Shown here in pieces: positions 38,502 through 51,518 of a stretch of DNA of 64,000 nt (its first letter is position 1; each line of letters begins with the position of its first letter). A program made the translations under genes and the position numbers. The stretch covers positions 248,001 through 312,000 of the forward strand of contig NW_021836291.1 in assembly GCF_006345805.1 (NCBI RefSeq), in the 5' to 3' direction. The notes below the pieces were generated by a model. That model was given only the letters and a program-made list of their open reading frames with translations. It did not search any database and was not told the DNA's origin. This stretch comes from Octopus sinensis. Lineage: Eukaryota.

Positions 38502-39020
38502 ATTAATTGTTAATAAATTTTATTTTAATAAACATTGACTTTGCCATTTATCTAATAGTCCTAATAAAATTATCACCGATTTTAGGTATCTGATTTCTGT
38601 CAAAAAAAATTTTAAAATAAATTTTAACTATGTCTAAAAATTCGGGTCACTGTTTGAGGTAATCTGAAATGTCACTCGCCTTAAAAACTATAGTCCAATT
38701 AAAAATAGTTTGCTCAGTACATTTATTAAAAGTATTTTTCGAAAGTTTGTTTCAAAAAAAAATGGGGTTCTTTAAATTTGATATTTATTAAGAAAGTGGC
38801 CTTTTTTTTGAAATTTCAAATGATCGATCACCAGTCTTTGAGTGGCTTTGACCGTTTTTGTTGAATGAATTAACTAGTCATCTTGATTTCCGTTTTTATT
38901 TGTGTAAAAATTGGTTACAAGAAGAGCGACTTACTTTCCATGCATTATCCCTTGTTGGATATAAAAAGAAAAACTCTGGAGAAAGTGCAAGAATAATCAC
39001 CTCAATAAATGATTAAAATA

Positions 39021-41968
39021 CAGTGAAACCTCTCGAATCCGCTGCTTCTCGAATCCGCCGCTTCTCGAATCCGCTTGTTTTAATCAAAAATTTGAAATTT
39101 CCTATGAATGATTCTTGAATCCGCTTGTTTCTCGAATCCGCTCCTCAAGTATTATGAAAAATAATTTTTTATTAACATTTTAAAATTCTCATTACACGTT
39201 AAATTGTATTTTTGTGATGCGTCGTTGTGTTAGACCAGGCCTGGCCAACCCAAATCGCATCGCGGGCCACTTTGTCCAAATGAATCCTTTCCGCGGGCCG
39301 CATATACATGTACATACTAAGGATAGATATCAAAACAACACAGATAAGATTTTATTTAGTAAAATAGCATTCAGTCCAATTATACGTATCAATGAGAAAT
39401 CTGTTTTTCTTTATCTTCACTTAATTTTTTCAAATCAACTTCACAATTACTAGTTGCACATCTTAATTGGTTTTCTAAGTTTTTATCTGTTAAAGAAGAT
39501 CTATATCTACTTTTACTAAACTTTAATTTCGAAAAGAATGATTCACATATGTAAGTAGATCCAAAGGAGCTTACAACTCTTTGTGCAAAAATTCTTAAGT
39601 TGGGATATTTTTCTGCAGTCACATATTTGTTATAAAAGTCAATTTTGGATATAGTAGGATAAACCTTAGTTCACTGTTGCACTGTAGGTCAATTATTTCC
39701 GTCTGCAAAGTATTGAAACAATAGAAACGTCAACATGAAATGGAGAAGAAAATGTTTCAAACATTTTCTCATATTTTTTTAGTTCCGAGAATCGACTGTC
39801 AAATGCTGCAGCAAGATTTTTTATTTCATCAGCGTACTTGAAGAAATTTTTACAATGGCTGATTTTAAATTGATTTAGCGTTGGAAAATGTTGATCATTT
39901 CCATTTCTTATTTGACATTCAAACAATGACAATTTCATTCGAAATGCTTTGACTTGATGGCATGCATTAGTAATCAAATTATCCTGTCCTTGTAACTCCT
40001 TGTTTAATTGATTAATTTTTCGGTTATATCTACCAAAAAGCACAGATCTAGCATCCATTCTTCATCATTTAATTCAGTTAATGTCATTTTCTTATGCATC
40101 ATAAAACTTTTGATTTCTTCTCTCAAGTCGAAAAAACGTTTTAAACATTTTCCGCGACTCAGCCATCTGACATTGGAAAAATACACAAGATCACCATAGT
40201 GAGAATATAACTCGTTCAATAATTCTTTAAACTGGCGATGTTGAAGTGCATGAGAACGAATGAAGTTTATAGTTCTTACAACCACACTCATAACATGGTT
40301 CATAGACAACACTTGCGCGCACAAATTGTGTTGATGTATCAAGCAGTGTATTACAAATAAATCATTTTTTATGCTTCTTGACTCCATCTCATCCATTATT
40401 AGCTTTACAACTCCTTTATTTCTTCCAATCATAGCCGGCGCCCCATCTGTTGTCAATCCAGCAAGGGTCTCTAAATTCGCTCCATTGTCGGATAAACATT
40501 TCATAACAGCTTGGAAAATATCTTCGCCCTTTGTAGTATCTTTCAAACTGACAAGGTTAAGCATTTCTTGTTTCACTTGAAAAGATTCGGTAACTCCACG
40601 AATATATACAAGTTGAGACGTGTCTGATATATCCGTGCATTCGTCAAAGGCCAAAGAATAACTTTTGAAAATTTTATTTGATCACGCAAAGTCACCACAA
40701 TTTCATTTGAAATGTCATTAACCCTGCGACATATGGTTTGACGTGACAAGCTAATGTTTGAAAACTTTTTAGTTTTATCTGGCAAAATGTCTTTCACGAC
40801 AGCATCCAAACACTCTTTTACGAATTCTCCATCCGAAATGATTTCATTCTCTTTGAAATTATCATTGCAACAGAGTAGCTTGCTTTAACAGTATCAGAAG
40901 AAGAGTGTATCGATGAATTTAATAGTCTTTGCTGATTTCTCAATTCAGATTTAAGCGAATCCAGTTTCCTTGTTTTCAATTCCTTACTAAATTTCGCGTA
41001 TTCGGAATGCTTTGTTTCATAATGTCTTCTTACATTGTACTCTTTCACCACCGATACTTTCTCCTTGCAAATTAAACATGTTGGCTTGAATTATGCATTA
41101 TAAAAAAGTAATCTTTTCCCAATGATTGCTGAATTGCCTGTTTTCTTCAAAAATTTTCCTTTTCTTCATATTGATAACAGCTACAAAAATAGATAAACTT
41201 TAAAATTATTAAACTTATAAAATTTATCTTTATTTATTAAACTTAAGAAAAATTTATCTTGAATGTATTTATAGGTTAACTACATACAAAATTTCTCTCG
41301 CGGGCCGCACCAAACTCCATCGCGGGCCGCATGCGGCCCGCGGGCCTTGGGTTGGCCAGCCCTGTGTTAGACTTTCTATCAACGAAAAAATTTCTATACT
41401 ACGTTATATTTCTGACAACCCATTTGTTTCTGCACCTCAAATTTCCAATCAGTTTAAATGAAACAATCAGTTTAAAAACTGAACAATATGGATTGGACAA
41501 TGTCCATAATTCAGATGAAAGTGGTGTTTTTTACAAGGCGATTTCTTCTAAACATGTGTGCACTAAATCAAGGCCTGGAATAAAGTTATCGAAGGATCGA
41601 TTTTCTTTACTATTATGCGCAAATTGTTCTGGTTTCCGATAAAAGAAGGCCTGTAATGATAGAAAGATTCAAAAGTCCAAGATGTTCTAAAAATTTCAAC
41701 ATTGGAAAATATGTTACCTACACCATTCCAATAAGACTTGCAATAGATAGATGATCTCTAAAATATTATGCGAATTGAGGAAATGTTATAAAATTTCTGA
41801 TAATTTGAATATAAATAATTTGTGTATTCAGTCATTTGTATATAAAAAGAAATATTTAATCTATATTGTAAGTTCATGTTTCAACTATAAAATTTTATTT
41901 AAATTGCCTCTCGAATCCGCCGATTTTGGGACCGACCAAAAAATCGGCGGATTCGAGAGGTTTTACTG
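39021..41968 (+). mobile_element. pogo/Tigger non-autonomous element (host of the hAT insertion)
   Basis: TIR CAGT(G/A)AAACCTCTCGAATCCGC with TA TSD, repeated TCGAATCCGC subterminal motifs, remnant VHNSDESGVFYK...KLSKDRFSLLLCAN. Confidence 0.9.
39236..41364 (-). mobile_element. hAT transposon (GTF2IRD2/SPIN/Buster-like), frameshifted
   Basis: 16-bp TIR CAGG(C/G)CTGGCCAACCC, perfect 8-bp TSD TGTTAGAC (39228-39235 and 41365-41372). Motifs KEYNVRRHYETKH, FDECTDISDTSQL, TTDGAPAMIG, HCLIHQ, VRWLSRG, FGSTYICESFFS. Confidence 0.96.
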
Positions 41969-41974
41969 TATCAT

Positions 41975-43250
41975 GATTCAAAAGAGGTTATCTACGCAAA
42001 AGACAAGAAAAAGATTTGGACTAGATAATCAAAAATTTGAGCTTAATCTGAAAGCCTTTTACAGAGGATTGAAGGGAGGGAAGAGTGAAAACCTTATCCA
42101 AGTAGATAGTGAAGAATGTGGAACATATTGGGAGAATATGTGGCGTTAAAAACAGTTGAGTTGTCAAATTGTGGAGATTGAGAAGAGGAAGACTGGAGTA
42201 GAAGGCGTAACAGTCCAAGTTTCGAAATGTTTATTTCATAATATCTTTAAATATTTCCCAAATTGGAAGATCCCAGGCTGGGATGGTGTGTATAATTTCT
42301 TTCTGAAAAAGTTCACATCACTTCATGAATCAATATTCAAACAGATGCTTAATGTCATAAATGGAGAAACCACTCCAGGAGAGTGGTTCTAGACAGGGGT
42401 GTTACATCTTATTCCGAAGTGTGAAAATCCGGTTTCCCCAAAAGAGTTACGGCTTATAGCATGTATGCCGGTTCTCTATAAACTGATGACTAAATGTGTA
42501 AATGCCAAGGTTGGCGATTTTGTGGAAGCTTCCGGCCTTCTCTATGAAAATCAACTGGTAACAAGGGAGCTGTGCCAGGGGAAAAAGAACAACCATTAGT
42601 GAACAAAGAGTTAAACAAAGCGAATGGCTACAAACTCTATGCTGCATTGATCGACGTTAAAAAAGCGTTTCATTCAGTAAATTAAGATTTTCGGATACAG
42701 AATTTGGAAAAGTCTGATCTACCTGTATGAATTGTCAAGTTTGTTGAGTCGATGGTCACAGATGGAGAGTCAAGCTAAGGCTAAATTGCAAGTACATTCG
42801 AGATGTACGCATCGAGAAAGGAATCTTGCAGTGGGATAGTTGTCCCCCATGTTATTTATCCTTTTATTAGGCTTTTTGAGCCGTTTATTATTTCATAACT
42901 TCAGAAGGTCTCTATAAGGCAAGGAAATCAGGGCACTTTATTTTTGAAAAATCACTTTCTCTTCATTGATGATTTGAAACTTGTCTCGAATAGTGAGGAT
43001 GTAATTGTTCAAATGACAAAAAAGGTCAATCACTCAAAAATTCCTACCATATGCACGTTTGCCTAACATCAATGAGAGAACGAAAGCATAATAAAGAAAA
43101 CACTTAAAAACATGATTGTTTTTTATAAAAAAAGAGTTGAACTTGGAAAGAACGATTGAACTGGACAAAAGATTTATCACCAAATAAGTGTCTCTTCAGC
43201 ATCGCCAGTTCCTGTCATTACCTCGAGGAGAAAAAGGCGGACTTGCTGAA
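41975..43250 (+). mobile_element. R4/Dong-like RT fragment
   Basis: FPNWKIPGWDGVYNFFLK, LIACMPVLYKL, IDVKKAF, GILQWDS, FIDDLK. Confidence 0.85.
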
Positions 43251-43356
43251 TCACTTATCGAATAGAGAATGTAGCAATCAGAAGGAAAAGTTTAATTAAT
43301 TAATATCTGAATTTTTAATTATCTCAATTATTAATAAGATAATATCTTTTCTGGTG

Positions 43357-43832
43357 ATGAGTCTGATCATTCCGGGACTATATTTAGGAGGAGTCTTTGA
43401 AGCATCCAACAAATCATTTTTGCAAGAAAAAGGCATAAAAGGAGTTCTCACCCTCAATACATACCGACCAATACAGCACGAAGGCATTCAAAACAAATTC
43501 ATAATCTGCGACCAATGCACCAATCTATTAAAACAATTTGATAACTGCTATGAATTTATAAGTGGAATAATATTCAGAGGAGAATCCGTCCTTGTTCATT
43601 GGTACTTTCGAATATACATTCACAGTGAATATGGTGTTTCCAGAAGTGCAACTGTAGTCATTGCCTTTATTATGAAATACAAAAAACTCACATTTTTAGA
43701 GGCCCATAAATTAGTTGAACAGGCCAGACCTACTATTGAGTGAGTTATTAATGATTTATGTTTAGTCCGTCTGATTCCTTCATTTCTCAGCTTGAGATGT
43801 ACGAAAAAAATTCTTGTTATTTACCACGTTAA
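43357..43832 (+). CDS. Atypical dual-specificity protein phosphatase
   Basis: join(43357-43601, 43626-43739, 43766-43832): IIPGLYLGG...SVLVHC|EYGVSRSATVVIAFIMK...RPTID|PSDSFISQL. HCxxGxSRS is restored by a 24-nt intron. Confidence 0.92.
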
Positions 43833-44249
43833 TGATTTTTTGATCTTTTGACATTCAATCAAAAACGAAAATAATTTATTATAGAAGGGTTTAGCGTTAT
43901 TTTAGTTAAAAATGATATTTTCTAAAGGATGTTGTATCAGTAAAGTCTCAATCCTTAGGCTACGTGAAAAATGATAGTAAATACTAAAATCTTGTAAATT
44001 CACTACTCCAAAAACCCTTAAAAATTACAATTTTAATTGTAAACTGGCTTAGTCCAATGGAATAAAATAGGCTCAGTGAGATATAACAGTGCCCTGTTCC
44101 AGTAGAATCTCAAGTCTCCCTTAGTCCTTCCAAGTCCATAAATATGGTGCTTAATGCACAAAAAAGTCTCAAAAAAGTGTAAAATGAATAACTTATGATT
44201 ATCTGGATTGATCCTACCGGTTCACACTTCAAGACATTTCGATTGGACA

Positions 44250-46600
44250 CCCAACCTTCACATAGGACCTCAGGAACAGCCACAACTTGATATTCTTTAG
44301 AAAGTTAGATCGAAAGTAGAGGACTCTGTTTTTTGAAATCTCCTTAGGAGTGTGACCATATCAAAGTATTTTTAGTATTCCAGTCTTTACAATTAAGTAG
44401 GGACACCCTCAGAGATCTTTCCACCTGATCTCTCTGTAATGGTCAGCAGGAAAGTAATAAAGCGACTCAGCAAAAACTTTTGTAGCACAAAATATAGCGA
44501 ACAAAACTTATTTCTACCAGTAAAATAAAGATAGCACATCAAAGTGAGATGATTCGAGCCGATAGACTCCGCGACGTTGATGATTGACATTGTGACCAGG
44601 ACTAGAGAGGTGATCAAAGCAATAAAGAAGTATGTAATCTCCTCGGGAATAATGTTAGCCCTGAAAAAAATTATGCTTGAAATCTTATTGGCAGAATTCC
44701 GAACCACCATTCGCCTAACGGACCGGACAACTTATGCTTAAGTATCTGCACCCACACTGTTACTAACCTTATGAACGAGCTCACAGTCCTTGATGATATC
44801 GGGAACGACCACCTGCCAATGAAAGTCAAAATTCACGCTGGAATTGAAAGGCAAGGACACTCACTCTCGAAAATCAACTGGGTGCACTATAGAAACTCCT
44901 TAGATGCCTTCCTACGGGACACCAATAACAAGGTTTGCTACGACTCTGTCCTTGATATCGACTCTGCGAGCGATAGATTAATCAAATTTATGCACAACTA
45001 CCTCACCTCCTACGCAATCAAGCTACGTGCTGGATATGTGGCGAGGACCAATCTATGTGCAAAAGTGACGACCCTTGTCTTGGAGAGAAAGCGCTTGAGA
45101 AATAAACTCAGACGCTGTATGGACCTCTTTGACCGGGCCACACTCAAGGAGATGATCTCTGAAATCAGTAAAAAATAAATATCTGTGCAAAGCTGGACGC
45201 CGCCAGAAAATGAGAGAAGGCCTGTAAAAACCTTAACCACAAAAATCCAAACTTCTGACAAGCTCCCTATGCGCCTTTTCAAGGAGGGTTCCGAGGAGCT
45301 ACACATGTTCCTGGGGCGACTGTTCTCAGCGAGTTTGAGATGGGGTCATGTCCCAAAAGCATGGAAAATTTCCGAGGTCCGGATGATCAAGAAACCTGGA
45401 AAGCCGACGAATCGAGCTTGCAGCTACCGTCCAATAAGCCTGATTCCACCCATCTCATGGCAAAGCGCCTCGATTTCCTGGCCGAAGAGAAGAACGTTCT
45501 GCCTACGAAGCAATGGGGTTTCCGCTCGGGACGCAGCGACTGTTTCCTGACGGTGCAGTCCTCAGTCTTGAGAGCAACAAAATTTAAAGAAATTCTATCT
45601 CTTGTATGCTTAGACATTTCAAAGGCTTTCGACAGGGTTTGGCACCGAGATCTGCTGGAAAGGATCCAACTCTAAGCCACCGGAAAAAGTCTTCCTCTGG
45701 CTACAATGCTTTCTCTCAAACCGTTGCTCTTTCTTTTCCGAATCTGGCTATCGCTCCAGGAACATCAAACTCCTCAGGGGGTCCGCAAGGGTCCTGCCTC
45801 AGTCCACATCTCTTCAATTTGGTAATGAGCAGTTTCCCTTTGCCCCCGACCCCCAGACAAATTTGCTTTTATATGCAGATGACGTCCTCATCCTTGACAT
45901 TTCAAAGGACGGAATGATTTCAGAAAAAAGGATTTCCACCTACATTGAGGTGATAAAGGAGTGGTGCGCCAGCAAGCAGCTCTCGTTAGCAATGGATAAA
46001 TCCGCATACTTGCAAATCAACTCGAAAAAGTCACCAATTGACGCTAACTCGGGTTATTGTCTGCATGTCAAGAAAAAGAGAGCGAAAGCCATCGCGGCTC
46101 TCCGCCTCTTAAGAAGCATGCATCTGGATCCAAGGACTTTCCTCTTCGTGTTCCACGCAACCATCCTACCCAGTTTGCTGTACGGGATGGAAGCATGGTA
46201 CTACTCGAAAGATCTCAAGAAAATTAATAGGAAATGCGAAAAAATCCGAAGCTACGCGCTGAAGCTAGCTTACAGGCTTGACCCGCGAGGCCCCGTCCCA
46301 AGCTGGGCGGAGACCAGGTCCCCGGAGATACGGCAAGTCATTGAGAAATCTATCCGGTCTTTCCGGAGAAGATTTCAAGTGACCGACCTGTTTATCGATC
46401 GAGACCAGTAACCGCTCAGCTTGCCCCGGACAGCAATAGACGCTTCTTAGAAGAGTTCGACTGCCTCGAGAAAGTGTAATCACCTAGGCTCGGTAACATC
46501 CTAGGTCTGTGACAATATAGAATGCCATAGGCAAAAAACGGAAACGCGCCGGAGGATATAAAAATGAATTAATCTATTATTATCCCGTTTCTAACAGAAC
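44250..46600 (+). mobile_element. Degraded APE-RT LINE (Jockey/I-like)
   Basis: DDIGNDHLPM (APE end), KPGKP..CSYRPISL, QWGFR, CLDISKAFDRVWH, PQGSCLSPHLF, YADD, LLYGMEAW. Many frameshifts; 5' limit approximate. Confidence 0.85.
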
Positions 46601-46630
46601 TTCGACACTCGCTTTTATCACACATCCATG

Positions 46631-47075
46631 TTTTTATTTATTATTTTTTTATTTATTATTTAAAGACCAAACACGGGCAAAGCCAGTTAATTATAGTTAT
46701 TCCCGTGATCGCCGATCCAAACGAGGGAGATCCTTCTGAAAGGTTCAATCCTTCCCGCAAGATCGGCCTGAGACGACGATGTCCCAGGGTCTGAGAAGCT
46801 AAGAGTCCTTTTTCGGTAGGCATTAAGTGCCTCCTGAGCGTTGCCATATCCGAAGGAATTTCCAACTGACATGGTGGACCCCGTAACGCCACGCTAAGCC
46901 CGGAAGGTAAGAGATCCCCATTTCCAACTGTGTCGTGCCAGAAGTACTCGTTGCCTCACGGGCAGGGGAACGATAACGAGAATTTGCCCCAGGATGAAAA
47001 CTGGCCTCCTTCGGAATCGAACTCACGACCGTCCAAATCCATTATCCATAGCATAGCTATGTTGTATTCTCCCGG
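46631..47075 (-). mobile_element. Candidate tRNA-derived SINE or short retroposon
   Basis: B-box GAGTTCGATTCC (47024-47013), weak A-box, GC-rich body of about 350 bp, (TAAA/A)n tail at 46631-46662. No TSD found. Confidence 0.35.
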
Positions 47076-47399
47076 AGTATTCTATCGAATGTCTTTTAGA
47101 GCATTTCTTTCGGGAAGATTCTAGCCACCTGAAGAAAGGCAACAAACTCGATTTCAGAGCTGGGAAGCTCTTAGTCCTTCAGTTTTTAATATTTTCCCAT
47201 TACAAGCCGGTAAAAAATTCAAAATTTGATTTCAAAAAAATAATAATAATATTTACGAATTCAGCATTGTTTATTTTTTCAATTTTGGATCTAATATTCA
47301 AAAAAGATCATTAATTTATTTATGGGCTTTTTTCGTCATAGATAAAATGCACAAGTACCAACCGCTATAAGACGAGAAAGGTCAATAGTTCTTAACTGT

Positions 47400-47960
47400 C
47401 CTGATTACATTAATTGATATATTCGAATCTGCTTTGGCTTATGTAAAAAAACAATTCACCTGGGACTGACAGAATGTTATGTTTTGTCGAAATATTTTTA
47501 TAAAAACTGTGAAACAAAATAGAATTATTGCAACTCCAAAAAAAGATTGTTCATCACTAGCAACAAAATATGCCCAAATAGTGAATAGTGATTATCAGGC
47601 CATACTAACGTGGTGAGATTTCTCCCAGCAATATAAAATAAAGAAATCAAAGAGCCTCAAAACCCATTCTGTTCAATCGGTGATGCCAATAAGATGGTCG
47701 AAATACGTATAAATATACTAAGAAATACGAAACAAAAGTCCTATATAATAAACCGAATATATTGTTACTGAAGCATAATTCTGATCGATAATGGGATAAC
47801 TTGTCACCAATTAATCAAACAAGTGGTGGTAGAAAAGATACGATCTGCTTACTAGTGAACTAGCAATAATACAGTTTTGGAACAACTTGTTATGAAAATA
47901 AACGGCATCACATGTGGAATTAATATACGATTAAATGGATCTACTTATATAACATTTATA
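47400..47960 (+). mobile_element. Highly degraded R4/Dong-like 3' fragment
   Basis: LATKYAQIVNSDY, KLKTHSVQSV, VVVEKIRS remnants homologous to 17800-18800. Confidence 0.65.
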
Positions 47961-48119
47961 AATTAGTTGCTTTCATTTTTAGTTTTGTCAACATGGAATC
48001 TATGACTGATCTAATTTAACAAATTGCCGTTTTAACTAAACTAAAACAACTTAAAATCAAATTTCTAAACCAAATCAATCGTAAAAAGAAATAAGTACAA
48101 ATATGAATAAATCAAAAAA

Positions 48120-49359
48120 CTAGAGAGTACTGTTTGCTAACAACTTCAAAACAAAATTCGGATTCTCCTCCTAAAAATAAACAAAAGAAAAACACATTTT
48201 TGCGGATAAACTCATGAGATGTGCGACAATCAAGGAAATATGACTGAAATATCGACGCAGCTGACGAATATCCATCCAAATCATCACCAAGTTTATTCCT
48301 CAATGCAAACAAAGACAAAATCCTCCACCGAATTGAATCCAAATATCTCTTTGGAAAAGGCCTGATCCCTTCCTCTGACCTCGAATGCTTGGCAGCCTAT
48401 CCAATATAACCCACCAATACATTCCACGGATATCGTACCCCAAATTCCTCCAAACAGTCAGTCAAAGTCCCCAGCCGGTTGGGCCATTTATTCTTATTCT
48501 TGTTTCTAACAAACACAATTGTCCCCAACTAATACTAATTCTTTACTAATACTAACACAAGTATCCAACAAATTCACTGGAAGTGGGAATTTGTGTAGTG
48601 ACAGGAAGTAGGACAGCATTCTCGAGTCGTGGATTATCTGAGTTTTAAAAACTGATATTAAACCTTAACAATGTCAGGATTCTCAAATATTGGCTCCAAT
48701 TGGACTAAAACCTCATGGATATCGAGAAAGGCACAGTCGTAAACAAACACAACCGACTCTGTGGCCAACCAGAGCACAGAAATATCAGTAAAATCAGACT
48801 TGACGGTCAAATATAAGGCAATGGGAGATTTCTCAGCCAGGATTTTAACACTGGTCTGTACTTCTTGAAAATCCTTGTCGATTATGATCTGACAGACATC
48901 CACCAGCATTTCTTGTGGTTTGGGATTTTCGTTTGGGGACTTTTGAAATTTTATTTTCTGTCTATCCTCAATTTTTTTCAAATGTTCTGGTTTTTCGTGT
49001 ATTTCCAAATAGGTTTGCCGGTCTCGACTAAAATAAATTTAATTTAAAAACGTGTTTGTGGCTGGGTTTTGTGTGGAATCAAAATTCAAAAATAATTCAT
49101 CTTTTTTATGCTCAGAAAGCAGTTTTACTAAGATTTATGAGTTGAAATGAAACAATCAAGAAGATAACTGGTTAGAAGTGACAACTGAGGGAGTTTAATA
49201 GCTCCAATTAGATCTTGAACTAGAAATAATGTGAACTAATGTACCGTTTATAAATATTAGATATCCTGTACTTGGATCATATTGGTGTAGGAGACCTTTA
49301 TATTCTCCATCCTGTGTTGTAAATTGATATTTTAATCCAACTTCAAGCTCTTCATTCAT
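48120..49359 (-). CDS. EXD1: EXD1-like protein (N-terminal LSm-like domain plus 3'-5' exonuclease-like domain), multi-exon
   Basis: VGLKYQFTTQDGEYKGLLHQYD (LSm-like); WLATESVVFVYDCAFLD...LEPIFENPDIVKV; TLTDCLEEFGV..WNVL; EENPNFVLKLLANSTL*. Intron at 48171-48195. Domain order matches EXD1. Confidence 0.65.
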
Positions 49360-49681
49360 TCGTTGACTGTTACACACAAGAAAATGTTTTACCAATATTT
49401 TATTAATTTATTTATATAATAACAAAATATTATTAATTTATAAAAAAAATTTTAAAAATATTATCATTCCTGAAAAGATCGGGGAACTTAAAAATTGATA
49501 AAAAAGCGTGAGCAGAAAGCTCAAAGATGAACAGTGGAGGAAAGAAAACTTAGAAATTCCTTGCATATATTTCTCTTATATTAATTAATTTTTTAATTAA
49601 TTAAATAATTGTTTATTTTAAAAATTTAAATACATTTATATTTAGGTTTTTGTCGTTCGTTTTATGTGTGTACAATAATGG

Positions 49682-50221
49682 ATGAATATTTTTGTTAAAT
49701 TCACATTTTTATATCAAAAAGGAATCTATCCAACCATATATTTCCGTTCTAACCACTATGAAACGCTTGGAGTCGACAAAACAGCTAAATCAAATGAAAT
49801 AAGAAAATCCTATTTAAACAAATGTAAAATATGTCATCCAGATGTTTCCACTGAACATTCTGATACTTTTCTCCTTTTAAAGGAAGCTTACGATACCCTA
49901 ATAGACCCAGTCCAAAGAGTGGCCTACGACTCGGAGCAACAATTTCACCATCACGTGAAAAAGCCGGCCTCCAAGCCTCGTCATTTTCACCACCAAGTTG
50001 CCAAAAATATGAATTTTCACACAAGGCCGAATATTTGGGCTAATTCTGCCCGTTTAAACCACAGTGTATATTGTGCATATAAAATGAGTGTGAATCGACC
50101 AGTAAAACACGATTTTATTGACAAAACTGACAGGAAAATTACCTACAAGGAGTACCACAACGATTGGCGCCTTTTTTTGTTTGGTGCTATTTTTATTTTT
50201 TGTGTTTTTATTGACTATTAG
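49682..50221 (+). CDS. J-domain (DnaJ) protein with a C-terminal hydrophobic segment
   Basis: HYETLGV...EIRKSY..KCKICHPDV...FLLLKEAYDTLIDP..R..YD (HPD motif). C-terminal WRLFLFGAIFIFCVF. Short introns near the termini cannot be excluded. Confidence 0.88.
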   Translation: MNIFVKFTFLYQKGIYPTIYFRSNHYETLGVDKTAKSNEIRKSYLNKCKICHPDVSTEHSDTFLLLKEAYDTLIDPVQRVAYDSEQQFHHHVKKPASKPRHFHHQVAKNMNFHTRPNIWANSARLNHSVYCAYKMSVNRPVKHDFIDKTDRKITYKEYHNDWRLFLFGAIFIFCVFIDY

Positions 50222-50369
50222 TTCATATTATTAATAACTAATTATTATTTTTTAATAAAATATATTTTATATTAATCTATTTGATTAAATAATCCCCCTA
50301 ATCAGACCTCATGGTGATATGTCACTTCTTTTAATATTTATGAACTATTATTTAATAATCTGTATGGAA

Positions 50370-50540
50370 TCAATACATATTGGTATTTGGGTGTATTTGA
50401 AGACGGGAAAATAATGTTCTCAAGAATAAAGTTATGACTCCATATTGGGGAATGTAAAGAAGAGAATAACTATGTTTTCAAAAAGCTGATTGTTGTAAAT
50501 TTGTTTCCTCATATAATTATTGTCACTGGTTCTATGTGAT
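50370..50540 (+). mobile_element. Short R4/Dong-like fragment
   Basis: Nucleotide similarity to 17160-17270 (TTGGGTGTA.TTGAAGACGG...CAAGAATAAAGTTATG). Confidence 0.75.
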
Positions 50541-50829
50541 AGCATGCTGAGAAATATCTTGCTAAATAAATTTACGCCGTTTGCCGTAACACAGAAAGTT
50601 AACGGTATGCGGCCGAGAAGGTTAAATACGTCTCATTAAGTATCCAAGGCATAATGATGTAAATCAACTAAATCAAAAATATATTTAAACAGGAAGTCTC
50701 AACTGCGACTGGAAGGAATTAGTACTTCTCCACAAGTGAAGAGTTGTGAAGAATATTAATTAAAAAAATCGATTTAGTGAGAATCGGCGTTATTTATTTA
50801 ACCGCCAAGACCACGATAAGAGTCAAACA

Positions 50830-51400
50830 AAAGTCACGTGATCCCGATGCACTCGACCAGGGACCTCATCTTCACTCGGTGATCTTTCCACGAGCCGACA
50901 CAAGATTGCACAGGGCGGCAGACCGTTTTTGACGGGAAATTTGCTTACGGACCGAGATTCAGCTTGATAAGGTCTTCCAGAGAAGCTGGACCGGGGCGTT
51001 CGCCATCATGCGACCAACGATCGGTTAATCTGAGGGCCCTTTGTTGGCCCTTCTCGATTCGCCTTCTGTTAAACCACGATAATCCGGAGGCGTAGGCGAT
51101 AGAAGGTTCGAGATACTGGCGGTTCGAAGTACTTACGGAAAAATCAAAATTTTCGCGATCGTTCTCAACCTGAAATCACTCTCAACCGGTGACAATTATT
51201 ATATCGGGCTAATCAGCATCGAACTATACAAATTTGATAAAATTGACCAAAAAATACGCCGGTTTGGGGAGAAGAATCGCCAAAAGGAGGGACGACCCGA
51301 GAGAGTTTTTTTGTCTTCTTCAACGCCTCTCCATTGCCGTAATCCGCGGCAACTGCTTCGCAATCCGTGAGGCTGGGAAGGCGCCCTAATTTGCGTAGTC
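50830..51400 (+). mobile_element. CRE-like RLE retrotransposon 3' fragment, degraded
   Basis: GVRHHATND, LQRLSIAVIRGNCFAIREAGKAP*. Confidence 0.75.
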
Positions 51401-51518
51401 TTAAACAATCCTTCTCCCTTTTCTAACTGTCTTTTAATAAAAAAATACGCCGATTACTTACGACTCTCAAGTTACTTACATCTTAAGTCTACAAATATAA
51501 GAGAGAATATATTTGGAT

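Noticed and set aside
50560-50627. piggyBac-like end (CGGCCGAGAAGG|TTAA)
   Set aside because: No matching left end or transposase found in the window.
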